From: Antedon mediterranea
Taxonomy: Eukaryota > Animalia > Echinodermata
Assembly: GCF_964355755.1 (NCBI RefSeq)
Contig: NC_092672.1
Span: 37,578,437 to 37,642,436, forward strand
Length of the DNA: 64,000 bases
Direction of reading: 5' to 3'
The position numbers and the translations under genes are program-made. The notes below the pieces were generated by a model. The model did no database searches. It was given only the letters and a program-made list of their open reading frames with translations, and was not told where the DNA came from. Below are positions 29,377 to 42,066 of the stretch, in pieces; position 1 is the stretch's first letter, and the number at the start of each line of letters is the position of its first letter.

Positions 29377-32300
29377 TTACTCAGTACAGTCTGTAATCTT
29401 TGCCACAACTTTACAATAATTAGCTCTCTCTTTCTCAGTCGAGTGATTAGCTGTTAAGTAGTCTTCAGCATTACGAATGATCCGCTTTCTGAAACATTCA
29501 TCTTTTCTCAAAAGCTTTGCATAATGGATGAATTCCTTGTTTGACAAAAAGAAAACATATTTAAATGAATTGTATTGTAAGTAAAATAATAAAGGAAGTA
29601 TATGAAAACACATTTGTTGAAGGTTAAATGATTAAAAGACATAATTAATAAACATGTGAAAATAATGACAGTAATAATAACAATATAAAATTTCTATATA
29701 ATTATTTTCTGTTGTTGTATATAAATCAGTCTTTATTACAATATATATCGTATATACAAAATTAAGATGTGAAAATAATGACACCATAATAATAATAATA
29801 TAAAATTGTATATAAAGTTTGCAGCACAAAAGAACACCTTTTGACATTCTCAAAAGTGCCAGCCAGTCCTTATTGAGGAAATGAATCAGCCACACCAGGT
29901 TTATACTCAACTTTACCGAGAGAAACTTGGCGGAAATATATTAGTGGTGTACTGCAAACTTTATATCAACATTTGATTTCGTCATGCAAACCAAACCTTC
30001 AAACAAAATATAACATTTCTATATAACTTTTTTTGCTATTATTTATAAATCAGTCTTTATCACATTATATATTGTATATAAAATGTCAACATGGAACATA
30101 TTGATTGTTTTAAACATTTGTTAGCATACAAATACAGTACTCAATGTATTATGCAATGTGGTACATTATATCTGCTGAACAATAAATAATCATAATTTGG
30201 TACAGATTTGAAACCCATAATGAAACATTATTTTATCATTACATATTCTTTGAAACCCATAATGAAACATTATTTTATCATTACATATTCTTTGAAACCC
30301 ATAATGAAACATGTTAATGTTAAAATACAAGACGATACTCTTGACTTAACACTACAGTACATTTATCATAAGATGTTGCTATTGACTTTTAAGTTACTTA
30401 AGGGTACACATTACTTAAGTAATTAAAATGACATTACAGCAAATTGCTGCAGTTGAAGTGCTATACTAGCTAAGGTCATTAAATGCTGCTTCTGGGGTCT
30501 ACTACTAATGCCTTTATAGTCTAGGTTCTAGATAATGATTCAGCCTCATATTCTTTAAAAGAAAACATTTTGGCACACATAGCATGTCATAACTATACTG
30601 GAATCACCAAAAATTATTGTTGCCTACTAGTGGCGCTTTGTAAAAAAAAAACAATAACTAGAGGCCGGTGCCACTTCCGACAACTGTAACTAGGCAATAT
30701 GCTGTGGTGTTGTATAACTTGATAGAGGGCGACAAATGTATTTTAATTTATGGTATTAGCGTCTATCATTCATTGTCAATTGGTTTATTTCATTGGGAAT
30801 TTTTTCTTTAGTTTAGTATTTAGCTGGGTAAGTTGGTGACCCAACCACCAAAGATAGCGATAATTGACCTATGACACTAACTTACCAGGGTAAATAGTCT
30901 TAAATAGGGGTGGATTCAAGGCGCCCACTAAATTTTACAAATTGTAATGCAAAAGATAGGACATCAAATTAAGTTCAGGACTTCACTTCACTACTTTTAG
31001 GCCCTCGCCTTGACAATCAACAAAACAATTTTTACAAATATTCTAAACAAATAAAGATCAATTTTTATTCACGTTACCTTCAACAAAATGTAATAAAACC
31101 AAGTAAGAAGCTACATTAAATGCTGAATGATGGAACAGGACGTGATTAGGTGAGACATTTGAAATGGATAATAGTATGAATGATGAGCTATTAAGATAAA
31201 TTTAATATCTAGTCTTATCTATGTATGTTGTAAAATTGGTCATTTTATGTCAACACTAACTAAAATGTATTGATAGTACAGGATTCAATTTCCTGGTACA
31301 CTGTACAATGTCAGTAATCATTTTTCATGATGAGTATCTATCTATGCTGGTTCAGTTATAATAAAATATGATACTCAGAAATATTACAAATTAGAATTAA
31401 ATCAAGATCAATATCATTTATTGGGGGCTGGAACATTGTTGAGATTTTCAAATGAAAGAATGGCATTGTGGTGGTTAACATACTGATACTAGCCAATAAG
31501 GAATTCTAGAAACATGGTTTGACCAGTCACCACCGTCATAAGTTATGCCCCTGACATTTTACAGAGGAAAATGAGCTAAAGCTCTGCCTACACTATCAAA
31601 CTATATGTGATGTACCCATATATGGACATGATGTACCCATATATGGACATGATGTACCCATATATGGACATGATGTACACATATATGGACATGATGATAT
31701 CATATCACTACCATATTTGGGTAAATTTTTCTGTCAAACTAGTTTAAACTTTAGTCCTAATCTTCAAGTTAAATGTTAACCTTACAATCTCAATATTATT
31801 GATTTAACACTAATTCTAGCAACATAAGGAGGTATGAAAACAATATGTGAACTCATAATCACTTTAACTACAACAAATAACTTTAAAATAGAGCTATTTA
31901 CCTGTGGCGTGTTAAACAGTAAGCCTGTTTCTTCATGTGATATGATTGCCTTGTTTCCTGGTATACCTCTTGCTATTACTGGCACTTCAAGATTCATAGC
32001 CTGTATATTAAATAACAAGTAATTAAAATATGCATCTATTCTAGTATCAAGTATACATACCTAGAAGTTTCTCCATAAATGAAATACTACTTCCGAGTTT
32101 AACTTTTCAATTCAATTCAATTTATTCAGGATTTTACAAAACAAACAAATCAAATCAAATATTCTTTATTCATCAAACATAAAAATATACAACAATATAT
32201 AAATACATAATATAAGATGAAAAGGAAACACATAAAAACTCAAAATAAATAATTTAAAAAAAACACGTACATCACACATGCTAGGCCCGGGGGACTCAAA

Positions 32301-35300
32301 CAACGAACTCAATCGCTTAATCTTCTAGCTTGAATTTAAAATTATTTTATACTACTAATACTTTGAAATTATAATATGCTTTTTTATTATGCAATACTGT
32401 ATTATATTAAAAATGTTTACTGAATTTAATTGAAAAAAAATCTCCAAAATTACCTCTAATATAGTAGACGACATTCCCTCGCTCAGCGATGAGTTGAGCA
32501 GTGCAAAGGATTGTTGGATAGCAGCATGAGCATGAGCAAGAGAAAGCTCAGGTAATAAGTGAACACCTGACAAACTGGAAAACACATAAAACACTGATAA
32601 TGAAATGTGTTAAACTCTGTCTACACTATCAAAGATAAACAAGTGTCATGTGCCCAAATATGGTAGTAATATGCCCAAATATGGTAAGTAGTGATATGAC
32701 ATCATCATGTTCATATACGGGCACATCATATTTTTTTGTCAGTGTTTTTTTTTTATAGTGTAGACAGAGCTTTAGATACATAGAGAATCAATCAATCAAA
32801 ATCAATTTATTCCATAAAACTATGTACAAAGATGTCATTAGAAAGTTATAGAGAAGCAGATATTGTCCAGGAGAGCTTTTGACCGTATTCACCAATCACA
32901 CTTAAGTGATTTCCCTTAAATATTAAGTATTTCCTTTCCATTAAATTGCATTTACTTAGATAAGAGATTTTTGTTTCCCTTAGCATAAGTGTGAATAGTG
33001 AATACGGCCACTGGTTACAATGTTATATATAGTAATAAGACTATTTCTCACCCATTAACAATTTGCTTAACTTGATTTGTATATGCTGTATCTAGGTCTG
33101 GACCAGCCAAGACTAAGTGAACTGTGTTCTCCTCTTGGTGCCATTCTGTTGTACAGAAAATAAAGATTTATGAAAAACAAGATGACATTTATATAGTAAC
33201 TACAAAAGATGAGAAAAAAACTAGAGTTTCACTACAAAACCGGAAATTTTCCCAAACCCAGACTTTTACTGAGGTCCAATAGGTCAAAAACACATTCAGA
33301 ATACAAGAATTTAAAAAAAAAAACAAGACATTCTTGGCCAGCTGCCTAAGGGTTTCTGGTATTAGAAGATTGTCCGGTATTGGGATACTTTCCCTTATTG
33401 TAAGATTGTCCATAATTTACCTGAAAACACTTGACAAAGATAGAGGGCGTCTTTCACGGGTCTAAGTCCAGCTAAGAGAAGAAAGATGTCGCTATCTTGA
33501 CGTATGTCGCAACAAATATCCTGAAGGTGTCTGGTGAAACTAAAGGAAACATCTGGTGAGGTCTTCACAGCTAAAAAGAAACAGATTATAATTATGTTCA
33601 TTTATTAACAATAAGCAGTATTTTATTACCATTATTGAATAAATGTTATTGAACATTGAACAGGAGTTGCATCATTTTTGTATTTTTAGGCAATAGTATT
33701 AATTAATAAATAATTGTACAGTAGCTAATTAATTATATACTTTTGTTTTTGCTTTTTAAAATTATTTAATAATAATTTACCCTGGGGTTGGAGAATAAGT
33801 TGTCCATTGACATCAGGCTAAAATAAATAAATAATCAAACGTTTCAGTTGTTGGCCGAGAGATTTATGGTTAAAGATTAAGAAGATTAAATATTAAAAAT
33901 AATAAAGATTAAAAAGATTAATTATTAAAAAGAATAAAGATTAAAAAGATTAATTATTTAAAAGAATAAAGATTAAAAATTAAAAGAATAAAGATTAAAA
34001 AGATTAAATCAAATAAAGATTAATTAAAAAGATTAAATAATAAAAGAATAAAGATTAAAAGATTAAATATTAAAAAGAATAAAGATTAAAAAGATAAAAA
34101 AATAAAAAGATTAAAAAATAAAAAGAATAAAGATTAAATAATAAAAGAATAAAGATTAAAAGATTAAATATTAAAAAGAATAAAGATTAAAAAGATAAAA
34201 AAATAAAAAGATTAAAAAATAAAAAGAATAAAGATTAAATAATAAAATAATAAAGATTAAAAAGATTAATTATAAAAAATAATAAAGATTAAAAGGATTA
34301 GTTTAAAAGATTGCAACTTACCCAGAGGTGTACAACTTGTTCATACATTGGCTTGCTAAATGCTAGCAGAAACCTAAATAAAGTAGTAGATTAATATTTA
34401 ATAGAAATTAAATTTTCCCTTTACACAACTTCTCTCCGACACAATCCCACCTCCCTAACAAACACAGCAAAACTCTCAACAATTTCCCAATCAATACCAT
34501 AAAAACCTACTACAATAATAAACAAAAACCAAATAATACAAATGTTTATTCTTAGCCACTGATCCTCATGATGCAAAAAAATAATAATAATATTAATACA
34601 GCGCTTTGCACAAAAAAATAATCATAAAATATCCTGAAATAACCAAAAAAAAAGAAGAAAATGAGAGGAACCATTTACTACATCTACAATATTAAACTCT
34701 GTCTACACTATCAAACTAGTTTTGACAAAAAAAGTGTGATGTGCCCAAATATGGTAGTGATATGCCCAAATATGGTAGTGATATGACATCATCATATATA
34801 TCATCATATGGGCACATCACATTTTTTTGTCACATAAAGTTTGATAGTGTAGACAGAGCTTTAAATAATTGTATCTTACTTTGCTTTGTGTACAACCGTT
34901 GTCATGACAGCCATCTTGTCTGTACATTTAAAATGTTCATTTAAATCAGTTCCTCCAAACACAAGAATTAACGGAAGAGTGCAAGCTGAAAGAAGAAAAA
35001 AATAAATAATTAATTGTTTCAGTTGAGAGATTTATGGTTAAAAAGAAATAAAGCTTGCATTTTTTATGAACAATAAATTATATTTTGGGACATGTTCTAA
35101 GCAGAGGGTGGCACCAGTCTGTCAGGAAAGCGCCCTCACTCCCTAGGGCTTGCCTGAAAGAAAATCAATTAAGTGTCTGCATTTGAGTATCACTAACATG
35201 ATATGATTGATAGGTACATTTATAGTGTTTTGACACTGTTTTGCTGGTCTAAAAAAGTTTGAGCTTTTTTTTTATTATCACAAATAGCAGAGCATTGGGA

Positions 35301-36225
35301 AACAATAGGAAATAAAATCGTGCACCTTCACAAACCTTGTAAATACAACCCACTACGATATGCATGAACAGCAAGGACACAATCTGGCTGAGAGGTTGTC
35401 ACATGATCTTCAAACTGCTCTGAACTCTGAAACTGGTAGCAATCTTGAAGATCAACTACGTGTCCATCAGTTTCCAGATAATTCCTGAATATGATTAAAA
35501 TAAAATGAGTCAAAGAATTCTCGCTTTTTAACATACCCTATCTAATCAACCAATCATGTCACACATGTACCCACCTTACAGTAAAAATAATGTAATTCAT
35601 TGGATTAGGCCCTCTACCTAAAGTGGCACAGTCGAGTACCTACTATCAGCTCACTAGGAGTTGATCTCTTTTCAAATAGTGTACCAAGTTCTTTATTATG
35701 CATGAACACACATTTTATGTTTCTCTTTTGTGGTGTATCTACCACTTTTATTTGTTTATTATATTACAAATACATGTTAACTAGATGTTTCGTTAAAACA
35801 TATTACTCTCTTTTTTCTTGAATTTAGGATACTAAAAGTTATAATAAATGTAAAGTAAAAATGTATATACTGTAATAGTATTTACAGTATATTGTAGTAT
35901 ATACATTGGTATATCTAAAATGGCTATATCAAATATCTCATCATGAACACCATGAATAAATAATACAATATATCTTATATGGTAAATTATGATTGTACAT
36001 AAAACTAACACCATTTGCACTGAAGATATGGGAACAACAGCTAATACGTCTCATTCGAAGGACGAGGCAATGAGAGTAAAGTATCCTAACTATAGAGGGT
36101 TATATCTCTTTACCCTCTTAAAAAAATATACAAAATGTATTGAATTAAAATGAGTACCGTATCCGTTGTGATGAGGTATTGTTGCCAGTTTGCAGGTGAA
36201 GAGGAGACAACAGGAGCACTTTCAT
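29377..36225 (-). CDS. GLT1D1: Glycosyltransferase 1 domain-containing protein 1 (GT-B/GT4-like)
   Basis: Ten coding exons: 36225-36158, 35484-35336, 34985-34880, 34373-34322, 33817-33781, 33570-33421, 33145-33052, 32574-32454, 32000-31902, 29535-29377; total 1035 nt (344 aa + stop). Motifs [47 protein letters not shown] and ARGIPGN..ETGLLF match vertebrate GLT1D1 as I recall it. Confidence 0.93.
30207..30312. repeat. 42-bp tandem repeat x2.5 (intronic)
   Basis: tttgaaacccataatgaaacattattttatcattacatattc repeated. Confidence 0.85.
31579..31746. mobile_element. MITE family A copy with internal 21-bp tandem amplification
   Basis: gatgtacccatatatggacat x4 inside family A termini. Confidence 0.8.
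33870..34312. repeat. A-rich low-complexity repeat (aaagattaa / aaagaat units)
   Basis: Read directly; fills most of a GLT1D1 intron. Confidence 0.85.
34695..34860. mobile_element. MITE family A, full-length copy with TTA TSD (Tourist/Harbinger-type)
   Basis: tta|aactctgtctacactatcaaact ... agtttgatagtgtagacagagct|tta. About 16 copies in the window; others near 3368, 21479, 32612, 40165, 44893, 49745, 50760, 52814, 53455, 58616 and 61804. Confidence 0.88.
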
Positions 36226-37088
36226 GACCGCTTGCCCGCTTGTGAGTTGCTAGGCGACACAATTCTGGAATATAAGCAATTACACAATTACAAGAATTCA
36301 TAGTTTTGAAATTGCAGTAATTAATAATTATTTTATTACTGTGTAAACATTGACTACCTTGTTGGCGTTCCATACACCATGGCCGAAAATTCACCCTTTT
36401 TCAAAGTTTAATTAATATCACCCATGGTACCACCCGATGCAGTCAACAGACTAGGGAAACATGGACCCTGTACCAACCACCTTAGTTATCTGTCTGTCAG
36501 TGCTTAGTAATAGTTAGGCCTAATTGACTTGACCCTTAGTCTAGAGTAGGCCTAGGCCTATAGCCTAGTTAGTAGGCTACCTCTAGCCTAGCTAGGCCAT
36601 CATGATGGAGGTATACCTCCATGCCTAGGCCTAGGCTAGGCCTAGGCTAGTACTTTATAGAAACAGTACAACAATAAACAATAATAGATTCGTACCTGGC
36701 ACCATTTCATACCCAAAGTCAATATGCAATTCGTCTATTAATAAACGATAGGCTAGCTGGATTTAATGGGCTTATTATTATAAGTACACTACACTACTCG
36801 TCGGTCGTCGTTCCGATCTTTTCAGCAGTGGAAACTAACTATTTTCCTGGGTGGCGCTATAACGTAAATTTCTCTGCACGTTGTCAGTTGCAAAAAAATG
36901 TTAAAGCGTAGTTCCTACTAGGACGCAACGCAAATTTGCGTCTACGTTCTAGTAGGAACTTTAAAGATAATCTTGATATGAGAATTTTAATTTATTAAAA
37001 AAACATTATTTTTATCTATCTACATTAGAACTTGTCTGTGATTGAGAGAAGCAATTTGTTTTATAGTGTGTTTAACAATACGGTCAAC

Positions 37089-37598
37089 CATAGAGATATT
37101 ATAGTGTATTCAATTCAATTCAAACAACAATACAAAGTATCCGCATTTGGTCGAGGGACAACACAGAGACTCCGTCAAATAACTCCGTCACTGTCACCCC
37201 TCCTCATGACAACATTACATAACACAGTATCTTTTACCGTTATCCAACTGTTGGATTATTATGTATACACAGTAGGCCTACATCCTGTAATGTTAAAATA
37301 AAATTAACAACTAGGCCTATTTCGTGTAGAAAAAGATCAAGGATGTAAACACAGGGGTGAATCCAGATTTTAGATTAGGGTTGGGGCGGGGGTTGGGCTA
37401 AATATTTCATAAATGATAAAAACGATCCGTCGGGTTGCAGAAAAATAAAAGTAGTCATTATTTTAAGACCTGGTTGTTAAATTTTAGGAGGGTGGGACTA
37501 AAGCCTGTTTGGCCCCCCCCCCCCCCCTCCAAAAACATACAAGAAAACAGGACAAAGTCTTACCTTTTGAATTTTAAGTTCACTATAATATCTCTATG
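37089..37598. mobile_element. P-element-like termini (18-bp TIR, 7-bp TSD) enclosing an inverted copy of nearby DNA
   Basis: ggtcaac|catagagatattatagtg ... cactataatatctctatg|ggtcaac. The interior 37107-37580 is the reverse complement of ~38259-38717. Confidence 0.75.
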
Positions 37599-38258
37599 GG
37601 TCAACCCATATGTTGGGACATCATTAATAAATGCTAATGTTGTGTCGAATTCATAATAATATCCAGTGACACTCATATTAAGGGGCTGTTGTGTCTCGAA
37701 GGTTAAATAGTGGTCAATTATTATATTTATAATGCTCAGTACCAAGGCTTATTAGTCAAATTATCAAATAAAATACATTTGATCACGTTTTAGAAATCTT
37801 TTATCACAAACGATTATGCCTCCTAAAAATAACAACCTTGTTGAATAATAGATTTATATTATTTATTTATAATTAAATCTATAATTACAGAATTATTAAA
37901 CATATAAGTACCGTTAATGAATATAAACTACTCCCACACTCATTCAATTGAGCATTATATGATCGATTCAAAATCGATTGTAAAAGTATGGAACGCTTAC
38001 GATAACTATCAAGAGCCCCTATCATTATTTTTGGTTTAGAGAGTATCTGAATTAGTAACAGAATGAAAGTAACTTAATTATCGACATGGGTTATAATAAT
38101 TGATTGTTTATCTAAATAACTTTGGATTTAAATGTTTTTAATAAACACGTCGTAAACGATCACAGTAGCATTTCGTCGTAAACGTAAACGTAAACGTAAT
38201 AGCGACATACCGTCACCGTTGTTGTTAGAGACAGCTTGTAGTAAGAAGTCAGTATCAT

Positions 38259-38717
38259 AACTTAAATTCAAAAGGTAAGACTTTGTCCTGTTTTCTTGTA
38301 TGTTTTTGGAGGGGGCCAAACAGGCTTTAGTCCCACCCTCCTAAAATTTAACAACCGCGTCTTAAAATAATGACTACTTTTATTTTTCTGCAACCCGACG
38401 GATCGTTTTTATCATTTATGAAATATTTAGCCCAACCCCCACCCCAACCCTAATCTAAAATCTGGATTCACCCCTGTTTTTACATCCTTGATCTTTTTCT
38501 ACACGAAATAGTTGTTAATTTTATTTTAACATTACAGGATGTAGGCCTATTGCGTATACATAATAATCCAACAGTTGGATAACGGTAAAAGATACTGTGT
38601 TATGTAATGTTGTCATGAGGAGGGGTGACAGTGACGGAGTTATTTGACGGAGTCTCTGTGTTGTCCCTCGACCAAATGCGGATACTTTGTATTGTTGTTT
38701 GAATTTAATTGAATACA
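38259..38717. repeat. Second arm of a ~460-bp inverted duplication (probable template of 37107-37580)
   Basis: Near-identical reverse complement with small indels (ggccta, poly-C length); it lacks the TIRs. Confidence 0.9.
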
Positions 38718-39100
38718 ATATAGGCATACGCGTTTTCTTGTTCTTATTATAGGGGTTATTCAAGGTTATGAACACTTAGTAACAATTAAATTTAAATTGC
38801 CAAGTTCAAAATAAGAATAAAATATTGTTCAAGATATTAAATGCTGGAGGTCTATAACATAGAGTTTATGTTTTTCTTGTTACAATCTCATTATACAAAT
38901 TTCCAGTTGTTATAACAATATGAACACTTCAGTAATAATTCATTTTAAATCGATGTAGGGCCAAAATTTAAATATGAATAATAGGCCTAATAGGTATTGT
39001 TGACATTATTTTAATCGTTTTTACCTAATGTGACACACGATATATTCAGTGTAGGCCTATAAATAAAAACGACACATCGTGATATTATTAGTCGATCGTT

Positions 39101-39326
39101 CGAAAAGAACAAGACAAGTTTGGTAAGGTAAGCTACCCTTTAGTTAGTTTGTTAGATTTTAATTCTTAAGGCCTATGTCAATTCAAACCAGGAGTTTAAG
39201 TTGTATTGATAAACGAAAAGAACAAGACAAGTTTGGTAAGGTAAGCTACACGTTAGTTAGTTTGTTAGATTTTAATTCGTAAGGCCTATTTCAAACCAGG
39301 AGTTTAATTTGTATTGAGAAACGAAA
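39101..39326. repeat. ~113-bp tandem duplication
   Basis: cgaaaagaacaagacaagtttggtaaggtaagctac... at 39101 and 39214. Confidence 0.85.
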
Positions 39327-39918
39327 AAACAACTTCAATTTATGTCGTTTTATGGCCGCGTTATTGCAATGAAATGTTTGAAGCTTGTTTCCCACAATGC
39401 AACTCTTTTAATTCCACAGCTCAATGGTTTTTTTCAACGTTCATTTAATCTTTTGTATGTATTTTAATAATAACAAATCTATATTTCGCTTACTGAAAGT
39501 ATTTTTTTTTTATTATGTATACATTGTATATTATATTAATATTATTATTATTACTATTGTTATTATGCAAAATGTACAATAAACGAATTACCTGATAAAG
39601 GATTATTAATAACCGGTAATAAAGTGTTTCAAGAACACTACTGTATACAACTACATTTTAATTTTTAACTACGTGAGAATATTTTAATAACATTTTAAAT
39701 AGCATTTTTTTTATTTGTACCGTGAACAGCAGAGACAGTTGTTCCAGAATAGAAAAAAAACTCGATCGGTATTATATGAGAGTAAGTATAGACTTGATAG
39801 CATTTTTTAGCATTTATTTATATTTAGAACAAACAACTTTAACTAATATCAATATCTATTAATAATTATGCCGTTTAATATTATAAATTATACATAAGTA
39901 ATAATGGTAACTTTATTT

Positions 39919-39984
39919 GATCGATAAGCAGATCGATAAGCAGATCGATAAGCAGATCGATAAGCAGATCGATAAGCAGATAAC
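39919..39984. repeat. 12-bp tandem repeat (gatcgataagca)x5
   Basis: Units at 39919, 39931, 39943, 39955 and 39967, ending ~45 bp before the ATG at 40024. Confidence 0.9.
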
Positions 39985-40023
39985 GAAATAAAGGATAGAA
40001 ATTGTTTGCTTAATGATTTCAGC

Positions 40024-42066
40024 ATGAACTTGACTATGACCTTAAGAATGTTTATCTTCTTCTGTACCACGTGCACAACACAAGGTAAACGTTTTTGTTG
40101 TTTTTTTTTAAAGATTAACAGAACATCCGGGGACTAGTGGCATATCTCGCCTTGTCTAGCTTGGCCTACACTAGCAAACTTTATGTGACGTGCCCATATA
40201 TATGGACATGATGATGTCATATCACTACCATATTTGTGTATATCACTACCATATTTTATTTGGGCACATCACACTTTTTTGTCAAACGAGTTTGATAGTG
40301 AAGACAGAGTTTTAGTGGTAAAAAAGGTTTAGGAGGGAAATGAATTTTGTCAAACCCGTCCAAATATCGGGAAAAGAAACTGACGTGACTGAGATAAAAT
40401 TCATACTTATCCTTTGATGTTCCTTTTCAGCGTCACCATTTTATTTTACGATTACGTTTTTCAGCTCAAATACCGGGTCAAAAGTGGGAGTTATTCAGAA
40501 TACGTATATCAACCAGTGAGAGGACAACGAATGACATGTATCATATTATCCAATGTGCACGGGATTGTTTGAGAACAGGATTCGAAAATTGTAATTATCT
40601 AAGAATGGTGGGGACAAATACTGGATGTCAGATAGCAGTTGATAGTTTAGAAACTGAAGAACAGACAAAAAAGCCACAGGAGTATGAACTAATAGTAAGT
40701 ACCGTCTTATTAATTAGATGTTTTGCCCTACTCTGACGTAATTTCTAAGTACATTTGAGAATACTTGCGAAGAAATTCTCAAAAAGTACAAATTCCGTCA
40801 GCTATCAGAGTAGGGCAAAACATCTAATTACTCAACTCCCTGACGCAAAAACTACAATTACAATACCGTCTTATTGTAAGAGATGGGCCATATTAAGCGG
40901 AACAAAGTTGGTGAACACACGCGCGCCCGTACACAAAACAACATCATTAATAATGCCACTGGACACACATACACTTTCCTATGACTATGGGAAAATGTTC
41001 CAGAAGATATTAAAAATTGCACTTTCGTCACCAACTTTAAAAGCTCAAATTACTGATCACACCTGATTTTATCATCATACCAACTCCATGACAATGTGCT
41101 CTTTTTATTTCATTTGATTTTCAGGCCCATGATGGTATTTTCCTCAAAATAACCCAAAAAGCAAATTATACGGAAGCGTCTGAAGCATGCCAACGTCGTA
41201 AAGGTTCGTTGGCTTCTTACGAACAACTAGTGACGGCCATCCTGAAATACGGAGAAAATGCAACAAGCTGTGATAACTGCTGGTTGATAAGTGGAGAGGT
41301 GACCTTCTCCAATGATGAAAATATGTGTGTACTCGAGGAACCAGCTACACGTTGTAACATATATCCAGACCGTAGTGCAGTGTTTCCTTGCTTCTATTGC
41401 TATTTCTACTCGAACCTTCCACCCGAAGTTAAAGACTACCATTCCGACTGGAAAATTCTTAATTTGAGGTACGATGTTGCCAATGGTTACATCTACACAG
41501 ACGCAGAGAATCGATGTCAGAGTGAGTTTGGAGGACATCTAGCCCTGCCAATGGAGGTTTACAACGCCAGTTTAATAGGATTTGAACAATGTAGACGGGC
41601 TTGGTTTTATAAAGGCATGTTTGGAAACTGTTGCTATTTTGACATAGGCAATCGAACGTGTTGGTATAATGTATTGATTGGTACACGATTCAGAGTCTCT
41701 GTACATCATGATAAAGAAGTTGATAACAGTGGAATGTGTTCCGTTTCAAAATCCTTAGATCTTAATCAGTATCCTTTTTCCAGTTATGGAATAATTGCTG
41801 TTAGAGGGAAGAATAGGAATTCGCTAACATACACTGAAGCAAGTGATATGTGTGTCGAGCTTGGAGGAACGCTAGCAATTCCTGAACAACTAGAATCGGC
41901 AAATGCGGTTGGTTACCACTCAGATTTGGAAGGATGGGTTTTGGATGGAAATATAGCAAGTGCCAAATATAAAGTGTCCAGTATGACTCCTATCGGTGTT
42001 GTCATCAAATCACCGGTTAAAACGAAATACGACGGATTTTGTTATATCCCGCAAATTACTCCTTAA
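40024..42066 (+). CDS. Secreted protein: signal peptide + PAN/apple-like Cys domain + three Link (Xlink)-like modules
   Basis: Exons 40024-40084 (MNLTMTLRMFIFFCTTCTTQ), 40465-40694 (...HIIQCARDCLRTGFENCNYLRMVGTNTGCQI...) and 41125-42066; total 1233 nt, in phase. Link signatures: NYTEASEACQRRKGSLASYEQLVTA..C..CWL; YTDAENRCQSEFGGHLA..GFEQCRRAWF; LTYTEASDMCVELGGTLAIPEQLESA..GY..GWVLDG..YDGFCY. Confidence 0.85.

Noticed and set aside
37032-37301. Duplicated ORF pair (37032-37301 + and 38521-38775 -) as a small gene family
   Set aside because: The similarity is only the inverted duplication of non-coding DNA; starts differ and there are no protein motifs.
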